Source: Candidatus Bathyarchaeia archaeon (GTDB taxonomy: Archaea > Thermoproteota > Bathyarchaeia > Bathyarchaeales > Bathycorpusculaceae). Taken from it: 64,000 nucleotides of DNA. The stretch lies in contig JBEKPM010000001.1 of the NCBI GenBank assembly GCA_049520735.1, forward strand, positions 22,510 through 86,509, read 5' to 3'. Within the stretch, counting starts at the first letter, position 1; the number at the start of each line of letters is the position of its first letter. The position numbers and the translations under genes were made by a program. This document shows positions 29,311 to 39,454 of this stretch, piece by piece. The notes under the pieces are model-generated. The model saw only the letters and a program-made list of their open reading frames with translations, was not told where the DNA came from and did no database searches.

Positions 29311-30462
29311 GTGAAAAGGATGACTGAAGGGCAAATTAATGATTTGTTAGGCGGAATTGACGGTTGTGAATCTAACAACTATACTTTCATGGCACTTCGA
29401 GGCATTCAAGCAGGGCGAGAATATTATACCGTAATGTGCCAACTAAGTGTTATTCCAAGACTTTTTATGTTTGATGAAAAACAATTGCCGCCAACACAAA
29501 GGGCTCAACGGCAACTCAATCGCTCACGAATCCCAGCAATCAGTCGCTACATTCTAGATGACCCAAAGAATTATGTCTTCTCTTCAATCACGGCTTCTAT
29601 CGACGGCCGCGTTGAATTTGTTCCATTCAGCAAAAATGGTGCGGCTAGCAAAGTTGGTCACCTAATAATACCTCAATCAGCAAAATTCCTGATAAATGAC
29701 GGCCAACACCGCAGAGCAGCCATTGAGGAAGCGCTTAACAAAATGCCTGAGCTGGGTTCAGAACACATATCAGTGGTGTTCTTCGTTGATGGTGGGCTAA
29801 AAAGAAGCCAGCAAATGTTTTCGGATTTAAACAAGCACGCTCTGAGACCTACAATGTCTCTTGCAATATTATATAATCATCGCGAAAACTTGGCACGGCT
29901 AACTAAGAGAATTTCTGATTCAGTACCGGTTTTTATCAACAAAATTGAGCTGGAGAAAAGCTCTCTTTCCAATAGATCGCTAAAACTGTTTACTTTGAGC
30001 AGTCTTTATCAAGCAACGAAATACCTACTCGGTACAAATCAAAAAGTAAGCCGTATAACTGAAAAAAGTGAGTCGATGGCTGTTCAGTACTGGACCGAGG
30101 TTTCTAAAAACATGCTAAATTGGCAACTAGTTCAAGAAGGCAAAGCTACCGCATGTGACTTAAGAAAGAACTATGTTGACGTTCATGGAATTGTACTTCA
30201 AGCCTTAGGTATTGCTGGTCGCACTCTTCTTGACGAACACTGGGGAGATTGGAGAGATAGACTAAGTGTATTACAAGGAATTGATTGGTCTCGGTCAAAT
30301 AAATTATGGCAAGGGTGCATCATTAACTCTGGTAGAGTTACCGCTTCAACCAAGAATGTTGCTCTTGTCTCGATTTTGATTAAGAAAGCGTTGGGACTTG
30401 CTTTGGGAAAAGCTGAAGAAGACTTAGAGAAAGATAGACAACAAGAAATTAGAGCTGACTAA
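29311..30462 (+). CDS. dndB: DNA sulfur modification protein DndB (DGQHR)
   Basis: ALRGIQAGREYY, RAQR.LN..R, DGQHR, QQMFSDLN motifs; heads the dnd operon. Confidence 0.93.
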   Translation: MKRMTEGQINDLLGGIDGCESNNYTFMALRGIQAGREYYTVMCQLSVIPRLFMFDEKQLPPTQRAQRQLNRSRIPAISRYILDDPKNYVFSSITASIDGRVEFVPFSKNGAASKVGHLIIPQSAKFLINDGQHRRAAIEEALNKMPELGSEHISVVFFVDGGLKRSQQMFSDLNKHALRPTMSLAILYNHRENLARLTKRISDSVPVFINKIELEKSSLSNRSLKLFTLSSLYQATKYLLGTNQKVSRITEKSESMAVQYWTEVSKNMLNWQLVQEGKATACDLRKNYVDVHGIVLQALGIAGRTLLDEHWGDWRDRLSVLQGIDWSRSNKLWQGCIINSGRVTASTKNVALVSILIKKALGLALGKAEEDLEKDRQQEIRAD

Positions 30463-30463
30463 A

Positions 30464-31900
30464 ATGGAGACGATAGCAGACCAAAAGACTGAGCCGTCAG
30501 TTTTCGATCGGCTAAGCCTTAAAGATATTTATAAAGAAATTCAGGATGTTTATTTGTCTGATCATAGACCATGGGTAATTGGTTTTTCTGGCGGAAAAGA
30601 TTCAACCACTTGCATTCAACTTATCTTCTATGCAATTTCTGAGTTACCAACGGAAAAGCGGGTCAAACCTATTCATGTAATATCAACTGACACCTTGGTT
30701 GAAACTCCTTTAATGGTAGATATAGTAGACAGCACGCTGATTAGGATAAGCAACAAAGCTGCTGAGTGCAATATACCGTTTGTGACGCACAGATTAAAGC
30801 CGCCTATCGCCGATAGTTTTTGGGTCAACTTGCTAGGGAAAGGGTACCCGGCGCCTTCACAACGTTTTCGTTGGTGCACTGAACGTCTTAAAATCAGACC
30901 CGCAAACAGGTTTATAACTGAACAATTATCAAAGTACGGTGAAGTAATTCTAGTACTCGGAGTTAGGCGTCAAGAAAGCTCAACACGCGCTCAGGTTATT
31001 AATCTTCATTCAATACAAAACTCTGTTTTATCTAGGCACTCTACCTTTTCAGGTGCATTCGTTTATACTCCAATCAAGGAGTGGAGCATCAGCGATGTTT
31101 GGTCATATCTTCTCCAGGTTCCCTCGCCATGGGGGAATGATAATCGAGATCTAGTGGCGCTCTATAGGACGGCCACCGGAGAGTGTCCTTTAGTAGTGGA
31201 CGATTCAACGCCACCATGCGGGAATAGTCGATTCGGCTGTTGGGTCTGCACATTAGTTATAGAAGACAAATCGCTCAAAGCTCTTATCGATTCGGGGGAA
31301 ACTTGGCTTCAGCCCCTTCTAGAAATTCATGACATGCTTGTAAAAACTCAAGATCCTGAAAATAAACATCTCTATAGAGATTATAAACGAAAAGACGGCA
31401 ATGTGTATTACAAAAGCGACGGCTCAGGAATAATCTCAAGGGGTCCTTACGTTATGGAGTTTCGTAAGCAGGTCTTGTCGATGTTATTGAAGGCCCAAAT
31501 TAGCGTGGCAAAGAACCCAAATCATAATCTTCGTTTAATTCTTCCGGAAGAATTGTATGAAATAAGGCGTCTATGGAGAACCAAGGAAGGAGATTGGGAG
31601 GATTCGGTGCCAAAAATCTACAGGGACGTAACAGGAAATGATCTCGAATGGTTACAGGACGACGTTAGGTTTTCAATAAAGGAGAAAACGTTGCTGCAGG
31701 ACATTTGCACCAAACAAGCTGTTCCTCCTGGAATGCTTATGAAACTTCTGGACGTGACGATGCAATCGAAAGGAATGACTCGGCGAGCGTCAATGCTGAA
31801 AAAGATTAGCAGGGTCTTTTCTGAAGAATGGAGAACAGAAGAAGAACTCCTTAATTCAAACAAAAAAATCGATAATACAAGTTTAGGAGCATCTTCATGA
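30464..31900 (+). CDS. dndC: Phosphorothioation sulfurtransferase DndC (PAPS reductase family)
   Basis: SGGKDS, DTLVE, GYPAP..FRWCT.RLKI, CGNSRFGCWVCT. Confidence 0.96.
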   Translation: METIADQKTEPSVFDRLSLKDIYKEIQDVYLSDHRPWVIGFSGGKDSTTCIQLIFYAISELPTEKRVKPIHVISTDTLVETPLMVDIVDSTLIRISNKAAECNIPFVTHRLKPPIADSFWVNLLGKGYPAPSQRFRWCTERLKIRPANRFITEQLSKYGEVILVLGVRRQESSTRAQVINLHSIQNSVLSRHSTFSGAFVYTPIKEWSISDVWSYLLQVPSPWGNDNRDLVALYRTATGECPLVVDDSTPPCGNSRFGCWVCTLVIEDKSLKALIDSGETWLQPLLEIHDMLVKTQDPENKHLYRDYKRKDGNVYYKSDGSGIISRGPYVMEFRKQVLSMLLKAQISVAKNPNHNLRLILPEELYEIRRLWRTKEGDWEDSVPKIYRDVTGNDLEWLQDDVRFSIKEKTLLQDICTKQAVPPGMLMKLLDVTMQSKGMTRRASMLKKISRVFSEEWRTEEELLNSNKKIDNTSLGASS

Positions 31901-33930
31901 GGTTCAAACGACTTAGCATAACAAATTTTGGAATTTTTTCTGAAGAACAATCATTTGATCTAATGCCCGTAAAAAACTTTGACGAATGTAAACCTATCAT
32001 AATTTTTGGTGGAAAGAATGGAACTGGAAAAACTACCTTGCTTGAAGCCTTCAAAATATGTTTATATGGCAACTCGTTCAAGGGGCAAAGAATGCCTCGT
32101 ACCAAATACAACAGGCATGTAATGTCACGTCTGCATAGAAATATTGACGGCTCAAAAACAACTAGTGCGTCAATAACTGTGGAATTTGATTTCGCAAGGG
32201 TTGGAATCGTTGATAGTTTCCTAGTAAAACGCACATGGAAATTCGACGGCAGGGATATAGCTGAAACGCTTGATATCATGCATAACAATCAACCTTTAAA
32301 AGAGGTTAATGAAGAACAATGGCAAGACTTTTTGATGGAGCTTATTCCCCCTGGCCTTTCTAAGCTATTCCTGTTTGACGGAGAAAAAATACAAAACCTG
32401 GCTCGAGGGCAAGGCGAAAACCAGCATATCATTGGGTCAATCAACACTCTGCTTGGTCTCGACTTGATCGAAGAACTTAGATATGATGTCAAGACCTATG
32501 TCGCAATAGAGTCAGCTCAGCAAAAGAACGATTTTGAGGGCAAGCTATCGGAGATAAAGACCCGACAAAAGAATATTGAGCTAAAAATAGAGTACTTGCT
32601 ACAAGAAAAGGCTTCATTGCAAAACAAGATAACTCGCGCAAACGTAGAGATCGAAAATCAGGAACTAGCCATTTCTACAGAGGGCGGAGGTTTTGCCTCT
32701 CTGAGAGAAGAATATAAAGAAAAAGCGAAAGAAATTGAGGGTAAAATTGAAGCAACCAAAGAACAAATTCGTTCCTTATGCGCTGAATTATTGCCTTTTT
32801 CTTTTATCCCTGAATTGTGCGTTGCTTTGAAAAATAGGCTCGAAGCTGAAGAGAAAGAGCAGCAGAGACAGGCAGCACTAACTTATCTTAACCTTGCGAT
32901 AAATGACTTAACGAAAGATATAGGAAGCACGCTATTTCTTGATGCACTTAAACTATCTAAAGAAGAAAAGCAGCTCGTAGCTAGTGAAGCAATTAAGGCT
33001 ATGAAAGATCGAATCCAAAAAATGAATAATCACCATGGGGAAAATATTCATGCTGTCTCTTCCCTCGAACGCCGTGACCTTCTTAGGTGGATTGAACTGG
33101 CTCTAAAAAGGACTCCGTCTGAGCTTCAGGAACTTTCATCTTGTTTGAAAGCTCTAGAGTCTGAGGCTGAAACTATTAGAGGTTATATTTTTAATGCACC
33201 TTCTGATGAAATGCTTAGACCCTTATTTTTGAAGCTTGGCCAATTGCATGAAGAACTTGGAAAACTAGTCCAAAAACAAGCGAGTTTAGAAACTGAATAC
33301 CAATCTACTACTGCTGAATTAAAGTCAGTTGTCGCTGAGCAAGACAGTCTTCTAAACGAAAAAACCCAGTTTGACAAATGTAACATGCGCGTTCAGCTCG
33401 CAACTAAGGCTCAGAATGTTTTAGAAGAATATTTGCAGCTTGCCAGAGCTGAGAAGATTAACGAGTTTAAGGAGAACTTCCTCGAATGCTTTAGTTTATT
33501 GATTGGTAAACAGAATATGGTTGGCAATGCCAGTGTAGCTTCGACAAATTATGATATTACTTTGTTTACACCACATGGGATTCCTATTGCTAAAAGTGAA
33601 CTTTCTGCTGGAGAAAGACAGATTTACGCGATGGCAATGATCTGGGCGCTGGCAAAGACGTCCGGCAGACCATTACCATTCATTATTGACACACCATTGG
33701 GGCGTCTCGATATAGACCATAGAAATAATGTTCTCGAGAATTTTCTGATCAGCGCTTCACATCAAATGATAATATTTTCAACGAACACAGAAATAGATAA
33801 GCTCTACTTTAATCAGCTAAACCGGTACATCGCTAAAGCTTACAATTTAGAATTTGACCCATCCAAGGGCAAGACAATCGTTAACGAAGGCTACTTCTGG
33901 GAAAAATCGGAGGGTAATAATGAGTTTTAG
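31897..33930 (+). CDS. dndD: SMC-like ATPase DndD
   Basis: GGKNGTGKTT, FDGEKI, coiled coil, LSAGERQ, IIDTPLGRLD. Confidence 0.95.
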   Translation: MRFKRLSITNFGIFSEEQSFDLMPVKNFDECKPIIIFGGKNGTGKTTLLEAFKICLYGNSFKGQRMPRTKYNRHVMSRLHRNIDGSKTTSASITVEFDFARVGIVDSFLVKRTWKFDGRDIAETLDIMHNNQPLKEVNEEQWQDFLMELIPPGLSKLFLFDGEKIQNLARGQGENQHIIGSINTLLGLDLIEELRYDVKTYVAIESAQQKNDFEGKLSEIKTRQKNIELKIEYLLQEKASLQNKITRANVEIENQELAISTEGGGFASLREEYKEKAKEIEGKIEATKEQIRSLCAELLPFSFIPELCVALKNRLEAEEKEQQRQAALTYLNLAINDLTKDIGSTLFLDALKLSKEEKQLVASEAIKAMKDRIQKMNNHHGENIHAVSSLERRDLLRWIELALKRTPSELQELSSCLKALESEAETIRGYIFNAPSDEMLRPLFLKLGQLHEELGKLVQKQASLETEYQSTTAELKSVVAEQDSLLNEKTQFDKCNMRVQLATKAQNVLEEYLQLARAEKINEFKENFLECFSLLIGKQNMVGNASVASTNYDITLFTPHGIPIAKSELSAGERQIYAMAMIWALAKTSGRPLPFIIDTPLGRLDIDHRNNVLENFLISASHQMIIFSTNTEIDKLYFNQLNRYIAKAYNLEFDPSKGKTIVNEGYFWEKSEGNNEF

Positions 33931-34294
33931 TAGAATCAAGTTAAGCAAAAGTGCCACTCAACGCTTATCAATGTTAAAAGGCCGAACTGGAATCACGCCT
34001 AACATACTTTGTAGAATTGGATTTTGTCTTTCGCTTCGTGATCCAATTGTGCCTAAACCAGAAAATTATGACGAAGAGGGACAAGAAATAAATCGTTATA
34101 CACTAACAGGCGAATGGGACAAATTTTTCATTGCTCTGATGAAAGAACGCCTACTCAAAGACGGATTAGATATCAACAGTGACTTATTTCCACAGTTACG
34201 CGCTCACATGAATCGTGGAGCAATAAATCTATACGATAGGGTCAAGATGCTAGAAGACTTCCAAGATTTACTTCCCAAGGAGAGAACCGCTTGA
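33920..34294 (+). CDS. dndE: DndE
   Basis: LKGRTGITPNILCRIGFCLSL; likely start ATG 33920 after GGAGG. Confidence 0.92.
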   Translation: MSFSRIKLSKSATQRLSMLKGRTGITPNILCRIGFCLSLRDPIVPKPENYDEEGQEINRYTLTGEWDKFFIALMKERLLKDGLDINSDLFPQLRAHMNRGAINLYDRVKMLEDFQDLLPKERTA

Positions 34295-35448
34295 AGTTCC
34301 CAATTTATCTGGACTCTCACGCCACAACTCCAGTTGACCCAAGAGTTCTGGAGGAGATGTTGCCTTATTTTACGGAAAAGTTTGGTAATGCGGCAAGTGT
34401 TGATCATCAATTTGGGGTCGATGCCGCAGACACGGTTGATAAATCAAGGAGAAGAATCGCCAAATGTATTAACGCCTCGCCTGACGACATTATTTTTACC
34501 AGCGGTGCAACTGAATCAAACAACATAATAATTCAAAGCATGGCTCAAAGGGATCCTGCTAAAGACCACATAATTACCTGTGTTACGGAGCACAAATCGA
34601 TCATAGACACATGTAAACACCTTAAGACTATTGGTAAAGAAATTACATTCATTCCAGTGGATTGCTATGGCTCAATAAATCTCCAAGCTCTCGAAGAGGC
34701 AATAAATGAAAAAACTGCCTTGGTATCTGTAATGACTGCAAATAACGAGATTGGTACTATAGCGCCGATAAAAGAGGTGAGTGCCATAGCGCACAAACAT
34801 AACGTTCCCTTTCACACTGATGCGACTCAAGCAGTTGGCCACATACGTTTTGATGTTAATGCTTACAACATAGATTTCGCTTCAATTTCAGCTCATAAGA
34901 TTTATGGTCCTAAAGGGGTTGGTGCCCTATTTTTTAAAAGCGACGGTTTAGCTGGAAAACCCTTGCCGCTCTTCTTTGGAGGGGGACACGAACGTGGCGT
35001 GCGCTCAGGTACATTAAACGTCCCGGGGATTGTGGGTTTGGCTAGTGCATTAGAGCTATCAATTAATTCAATGAAGGAAGAGAACAATCGATACCAGGAA
35101 ATGTCTAAACTTTTGATTAATGGTTTTCTAAAAGAAGCCAGCCCTGCCGAGCTAAATGGTCATCCGCTTCAAAGACTCACGCACAACATCAATATTTCGT
35201 TCGATAATGTGGAAAACAAAGCGCTAGTCCACGCAGTTAACGACAAATTGGCTATTTCAACTGGATCAGCTTGCACTGCACTTAATGTTGAACCATCGCA
35301 TGTCATTATAGCATTAGGGTTAGGTGCAGAAAGAGCATATAGTGCTATTCGATTAGGGCTTGGAAGATTCAATACTTTTGATGAAATTCAGTTCTCAGCC
35401 GATTACATTATTGAAAAGGTTAAGAAACTAAGAAAGTTGAAACCTTAA
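34291..35448 (+). CDS. dndA: Cysteine desulfurase DndA/IscS
   Basis: YLDSHATTPVD, SAHKIYGPKG (PLP Lys), STGSAC. Confidence 0.93.
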   Translation: MKFPIYLDSHATTPVDPRVLEEMLPYFTEKFGNAASVDHQFGVDAADTVDKSRRRIAKCINASPDDIIFTSGATESNNIIIQSMAQRDPAKDHIITCVTEHKSIIDTCKHLKTIGKEITFIPVDCYGSINLQALEEAINEKTALVSVMTANNEIGTIAPIKEVSAIAHKHNVPFHTDATQAVGHIRFDVNAYNIDFASISAHKIYGPKGVGALFFKSDGLAGKPLPLFFGGGHERGVRSGTLNVPGIVGLASALELSINSMKEENNRYQEMSKLLINGFLKEASPAELNGHPLQRLTHNINISFDNVENKALVHAVNDKLAISTGSACTALNVEPSHVIIALGLGAERAYSAIRLGLGRFNTFDEIQFSADYIIEKVKKLRKLKP

Positions 35449-35626
35449 TAGTTAAGAATGACCAAAAATACACAAAGCTAATCTATCTATTCCGTCTACA
35501 ATCTTGTAAGCCGTATGCCAATAGTTTGAACTTCAATCAACTTATTGGTATATTAATAGTGGGGTTCCAATTGGAGGAATAGGGGCGGAAATAGAACATG
35601 ATCTTGGGCTTAACGTTCTTCACCGA

Positions 35627-37393
35627 ATGCTCACCAAAGGATTTGCTGGTGAGAAATGTGATGAACTTGAATGTATGGCTTATAATGTAAACCTTGATCT
35701 TGTTTTAAGACTTTTTAAAGAGTATTCTTCACTGAAAAAAGTATCTATATGGTCAAATGCCGAGAAAATTACCTATTCGCCGGAGCACTATGATGAATTA
35801 GTCAATATCATGAAACAAAAGAAACTTGAATTCTTCACTGTACCCGAAAACGTCACGTTAATTCATGGCAAATTATACCTGTTTAGAAAAGAAGGACAAA
35901 TAAAATTTTTGGCTCTCGGTTCTCCTAATCTTTCAGAGTATTCTAACTTAAATTTTGAATCACTTGTTTATTTAACATCCAATTGCGACGAAATTTGGCG
36001 CAGTATCCCTCGAATTTATGCCGATCTGAGTTTGATCCCTAAAACTGATTTGCCGATTAAAAGTTCACCAATAGAAAAATCAACTCCGAAAATTGATCCC
36101 CAATTACTCTCTTCTCTTTGGAAACACCAGGTAGAGGTTTTAATGTGGTTAGAGAATAAAACTTCTTCAATTGTAAACATCCCGCCGGGAACCGGCAAGA
36201 CCAAGATTGCTTTTACTTACGTGCAATATCTTTTTGGCAAAGATACAGACATGACGGCTATAGTATTAGTTCCTACAATTACGCTTTTGAACCAATGGAG
36301 AAAGCTTTTGGACCAAGCAAACATACCAAACTTAGAGTGGGGCACCGACTTAAACAACTTAGGTCCATATTTCGCAGACCCTAGCCATCGAGTTCTAGTA
36401 ACTCTATATAGTAGATTTTTTGACCAATATCGTGAGTATTATAAGAGAGCAAAAATTCTAAGGCCCTCATTATTACTTATTTTAGATGAATGCCATAATT
36501 CTTATGGCCATTTAGATAACTTGTACGAATTTGATAATTTAATTCAATCATTTGGAAATCAAACCTATAGACTTGGTCTTTCAGCAACTATTGATTCATT
36601 CAGGGAAGATGAAGTTAAGAGCTTTGTTAGTTTCATGAATGGAAATGACAATCGTTTTGAAATTTCTTTGCAACGATTCTACTCCTATTGGAATAGGCTC
36701 AATTCCACTTTAGTGTTGAAACCACTGAGGTATATTCCTTTAAAATACAACTTGACTCTCGCAGAAATGGACGAATTTAAGACCCTCAGCAAAAATGTAG
36801 CCATTCAATTCGGTAAATCTAACATGGGGGGAACAAATGAGCCAACAGCTGCTATTAAGCGTGCAAGGTGGTTGAGAAGTCTGCCAGGGGGTGTTAGAAT
36901 TCTTCAGAATTATATCGCCTCACACATTGATGGTTTTTCAGATAAAGCTTCAATAATTTTTGTGCAGACACACGAGATCGCAGAACACTTAAGGGATTTT
37001 ATTACTAAGCAACCTGGCTGGAACCCAGACGCATCTACATACGTTTATGATTCTTCAAAAAGTGAGGACCATAATGCGTATGCTTTCGGTCAATTTAAAA
37101 AGAATTTAGGTTATTGCTTAATTTCAGAAAAAATGCTCTCAGAAGGATTTGATCTACCAAAAGTTGATAGGGTTATTCTTCACGGCTCTGACAAATCCGA
37201 AAGAGACTGGATACAAAAAATAGGTCGCGCTTTGCGCTTTGATCCAAAAAACCCTAACACTATTGCTGAAATTATCGACATAGTTTTTTGCGAAACGAAC
37301 AGCGTCCCCTTACTTTTGGAAAGGGAGCGCTATGAAACACTGTTATCTATTGATCAAATATCGGGTGATATGAATGACCAAAAGAGCAGATAA
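35627..37393 (+). CDS. pbeA: PLD-domain plus SF2 helicase (PbeA-type)
   Basis: HGKLY...GSPNLS, PPGTGKT, DECH, SAT, EGFDLP, QKIGRALR; directly after dndCDEA. Confidence 0.8.
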   Translation: MLTKGFAGEKCDELECMAYNVNLDLVLRLFKEYSSLKKVSIWSNAEKITYSPEHYDELVNIMKQKKLEFFTVPENVTLIHGKLYLFRKEGQIKFLALGSPNLSEYSNLNFESLVYLTSNCDEIWRSIPRIYADLSLIPKTDLPIKSSPIEKSTPKIDPQLLSSLWKHQVEVLMWLENKTSSIVNIPPGTGKTKIAFTYVQYLFGKDTDMTAIVLVPTITLLNQWRKLLDQANIPNLEWGTDLNNLGPYFADPSHRVLVTLYSRFFDQYREYYKRAKILRPSLLLILDECHNSYGHLDNLYEFDNLIQSFGNQTYRLGLSATIDSFREDEVKSFVSFMNGNDNRFEISLQRFYSYWNRLNSTLVLKPLRYIPLKYNLTLAEMDEFKTLSKNVAIQFGKSNMGGTNEPTAAIKRARWLRSLPGGVRILQNYIASHIDGFSDKASIIFVQTHEIAEHLRDFITKQPGWNPDASTYVYDSSKSEDHNAYAFGQFKKNLGYCLISEKMLSEGFDLPKVDRVILHGSDKSERDWIQKIGRALRFDPKNPNTIAEIIDIVFCETNSVPLLLERERYETLLSIDQISGDMNDQKSR

Positions 37394-37568
37394 TGATAAA
37401 AAACAAATAGCTATTCAAAACAGGATTGAAGAAGTAATGAATGCTGAATTCGAGAAACTTCTTGTCGAAGCTGGTGATGACATTCTTTTAAAATTAGTCC
37501 GTCAAAACAAAATCGATTCCATATCATTAGAGGAAATCAAGAAGTTGCTAAAGGTGAATAAAAAATGA
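37374..37568 (+). CDS. pbeB: Small protein in PbeB position
   Basis: 64 aa, overlaps both neighbours; assigned by synteny only. Confidence 0.55.
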   Translation: MTKRADNDKKQIAIQNRIEEVMNAEFEKLLVEAGDDILLKLVRQNKIDSISLEEIKKLLKVNKK

Positions 37569-39454
37569 AGAACATTCATTTTTCGCTGATAAAAGTATCT
37601 GGTTATCGTGGAAGATACTTTACTCTAAAAATGAATCCGCGAGGTCAACACACTATTTTTGTAATGGATGGCAACACAGGGAAAACGACAACCATTGAAT
37701 TAATGAGATGGTGCTTCAAATATCCCCAAAGTCGATGTATCGATAATTTTAGTCACACATGGTTTTACCCAGCTTATGTTCTTGATGAATCCAAAAACTC
37801 ACCGCAACATTGCGAGATACTTATTAGATTTTCGGCATTTGACGAAAAAAACAAAGAGCATTTTTATCAATTTACAAGATCCGTTGATGGAATTTCCGAT
37901 CTCGAGCACAAACCGACTTCAGACATAATCAGGGAGGTTTATGATACCCTAGAGATAGACCAGGGCAAAGAAATACTAACAGGTGACGCTGTTTTCGAAT
38001 TTCTGAAAGATGAATTGCGTTTCAAAGAATGTGCCGACTTTTTCTGCTTTGACGGAGAAAAAGCACGCGAGTTAATGCAACTCTCTTCAAACTCCGAGAA
38101 AGTGGGCGATTTGTTATTCCTTGTAAACCAAAGGGCAACTCATCCCAGAATTGAGGAGTACAAAGAAAAACTTAATGGATTAAAAAATAGACTTCTGGAA
38201 GAAGCTAATGCAAAGGTGTCAGATAAAGCCCTAGAAATATTGATCGGACGCCTAAGAACAGCAATTGAAGATTTGCGTCAACTAGAAAAAGAACGGGATG
38301 CAATCAAGATTGAAATGGCTGCAAATTCATTAGCGCTAAAGAATCAACAGGATCGTTTTAACGAGCTCGAAAACAAGATAACTCAGGCCAAGGCAGACGA
38401 AATTGTGGGAAAGATACGGCTCGAGGACGACTTAGCTGCTAAAACCGCTGAAATTGCACAAAAGCGCTCTACCATCTATGCCCTTGCCTCTCAATGGTAC
38501 AATGCAGATACTGGATCAATTAATCAGCTTAAAACAATAGTACGAGAAAAAGGAAATCTGCCCGAACCATATAGAAAAAATCTAATCTCAAATTGTCTAA
38601 CTTCCGGAAAATGTGAAATCTGTGGAAGATTGTTAGATGAACCGTCAAGAAAGCATATAGTGGCTTTGGAATCCGTCGTAGCTGATCCAGATGTTCATAC
38701 TTTTTTATCAAAAACGCTTGATTCGCGTACCAATGTGTTAGATACTGAGAAAGAATACAAGGAAATCAAGACTCTGATTGATGATTGTAGGAGAATTCAA
38801 AATCAAATATCAGGTATAAAGCTCACTACCGAGGACAGCCAACTTTTCATAGAGAGAGAACTAGTACAAAAAGACATCTCCATAATTATGACTAATAATG
38901 CCAATTTACAGAGCAAGCTAAATGAACACAATTCGTGGATATCGGAGCTGAAACAACAAGTCGCGGAGTTACAAAGCAAAAACTCGACTTTAAAGGAAAA
39001 CAAAATCATTATTGACAGAATAGACGAATCCATTGGCAAAGTCGAGGCAGTGGGAGAAACAATAAAGTCCAAAACTATTGACATAATTAGTGGCGTCATT
39101 TCCGAAGGAGTTTCATCAATTTTGGGACCAAAGTTTTCTGCAAAGCTTTCGGTCAAAGAAGGACTAGTGTTAGGCGAAGATGGGCACTTTGGGCGGGAAA
39201 GAGGTGGATATTCGGGTCGTCTCATCTTGTCCTATTGTTTTGCCGAAGCTATGACTCTAATAGACCCTATAATCGTCGATACACCATCAGGAAACATTGG
39301 AAGCCATAGAGAAAAGCTGGCAAAACACTTGGTTGCAAATCATCAACAGATAGTCCTCTTGTGCTTGCCTACTGAAATCAATGATTTTGGACCTTTCATA
39401 TCTTCCAATCCAATAAAAATAGTGAATGAAGAGGGAACAACGGATGAAGCTTAA
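37565..39454 (+). CDS. pbeC: Rad50/SMC-like ATPase with zinc hook (PbeC-type)
   Basis: GNTGKTT, FDGE, CEICGR hook, coiled coils, IIVDTP. Confidence 0.75.
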   Translation: MKNIHFSLIKVSGYRGRYFTLKMNPRGQHTIFVMDGNTGKTTTIELMRWCFKYPQSRCIDNFSHTWFYPAYVLDESKNSPQHCEILIRFSAFDEKNKEHFYQFTRSVDGISDLEHKPTSDIIREVYDTLEIDQGKEILTGDAVFEFLKDELRFKECADFFCFDGEKARELMQLSSNSEKVGDLLFLVNQRATHPRIEEYKEKLNGLKNRLLEEANAKVSDKALEILIGRLRTAIEDLRQLEKERDAIKIEMAANSLALKNQQDRFNELENKITQAKADEIVGKIRLEDDLAAKTAEIAQKRSTIYALASQWYNADTGSINQLKTIVREKGNLPEPYRKNLISNCLTSGKCEICGRLLDEPSRKHIVALESVVADPDVHTFLSKTLDSRTNVLDTEKEYKEIKTLIDDCRRIQNQISGIKLTTEDSQLFIERELVQKDISIIMTNNANLQSKLNEHNSWISELKQQVAELQSKNSTLKENKIIIDRIDESIGKVEAVGETIKSKTIDIISGVISEGVSSILGPKFSAKLSVKEGLVLGEDGHFGRERGGYSGRLILSYCFAEAMTLIDPIIVDTPSGNIGSHREKLAKHLVANHQQIVLLCLPTEINDFGPFISSNPIKIVNEEGTTDEA

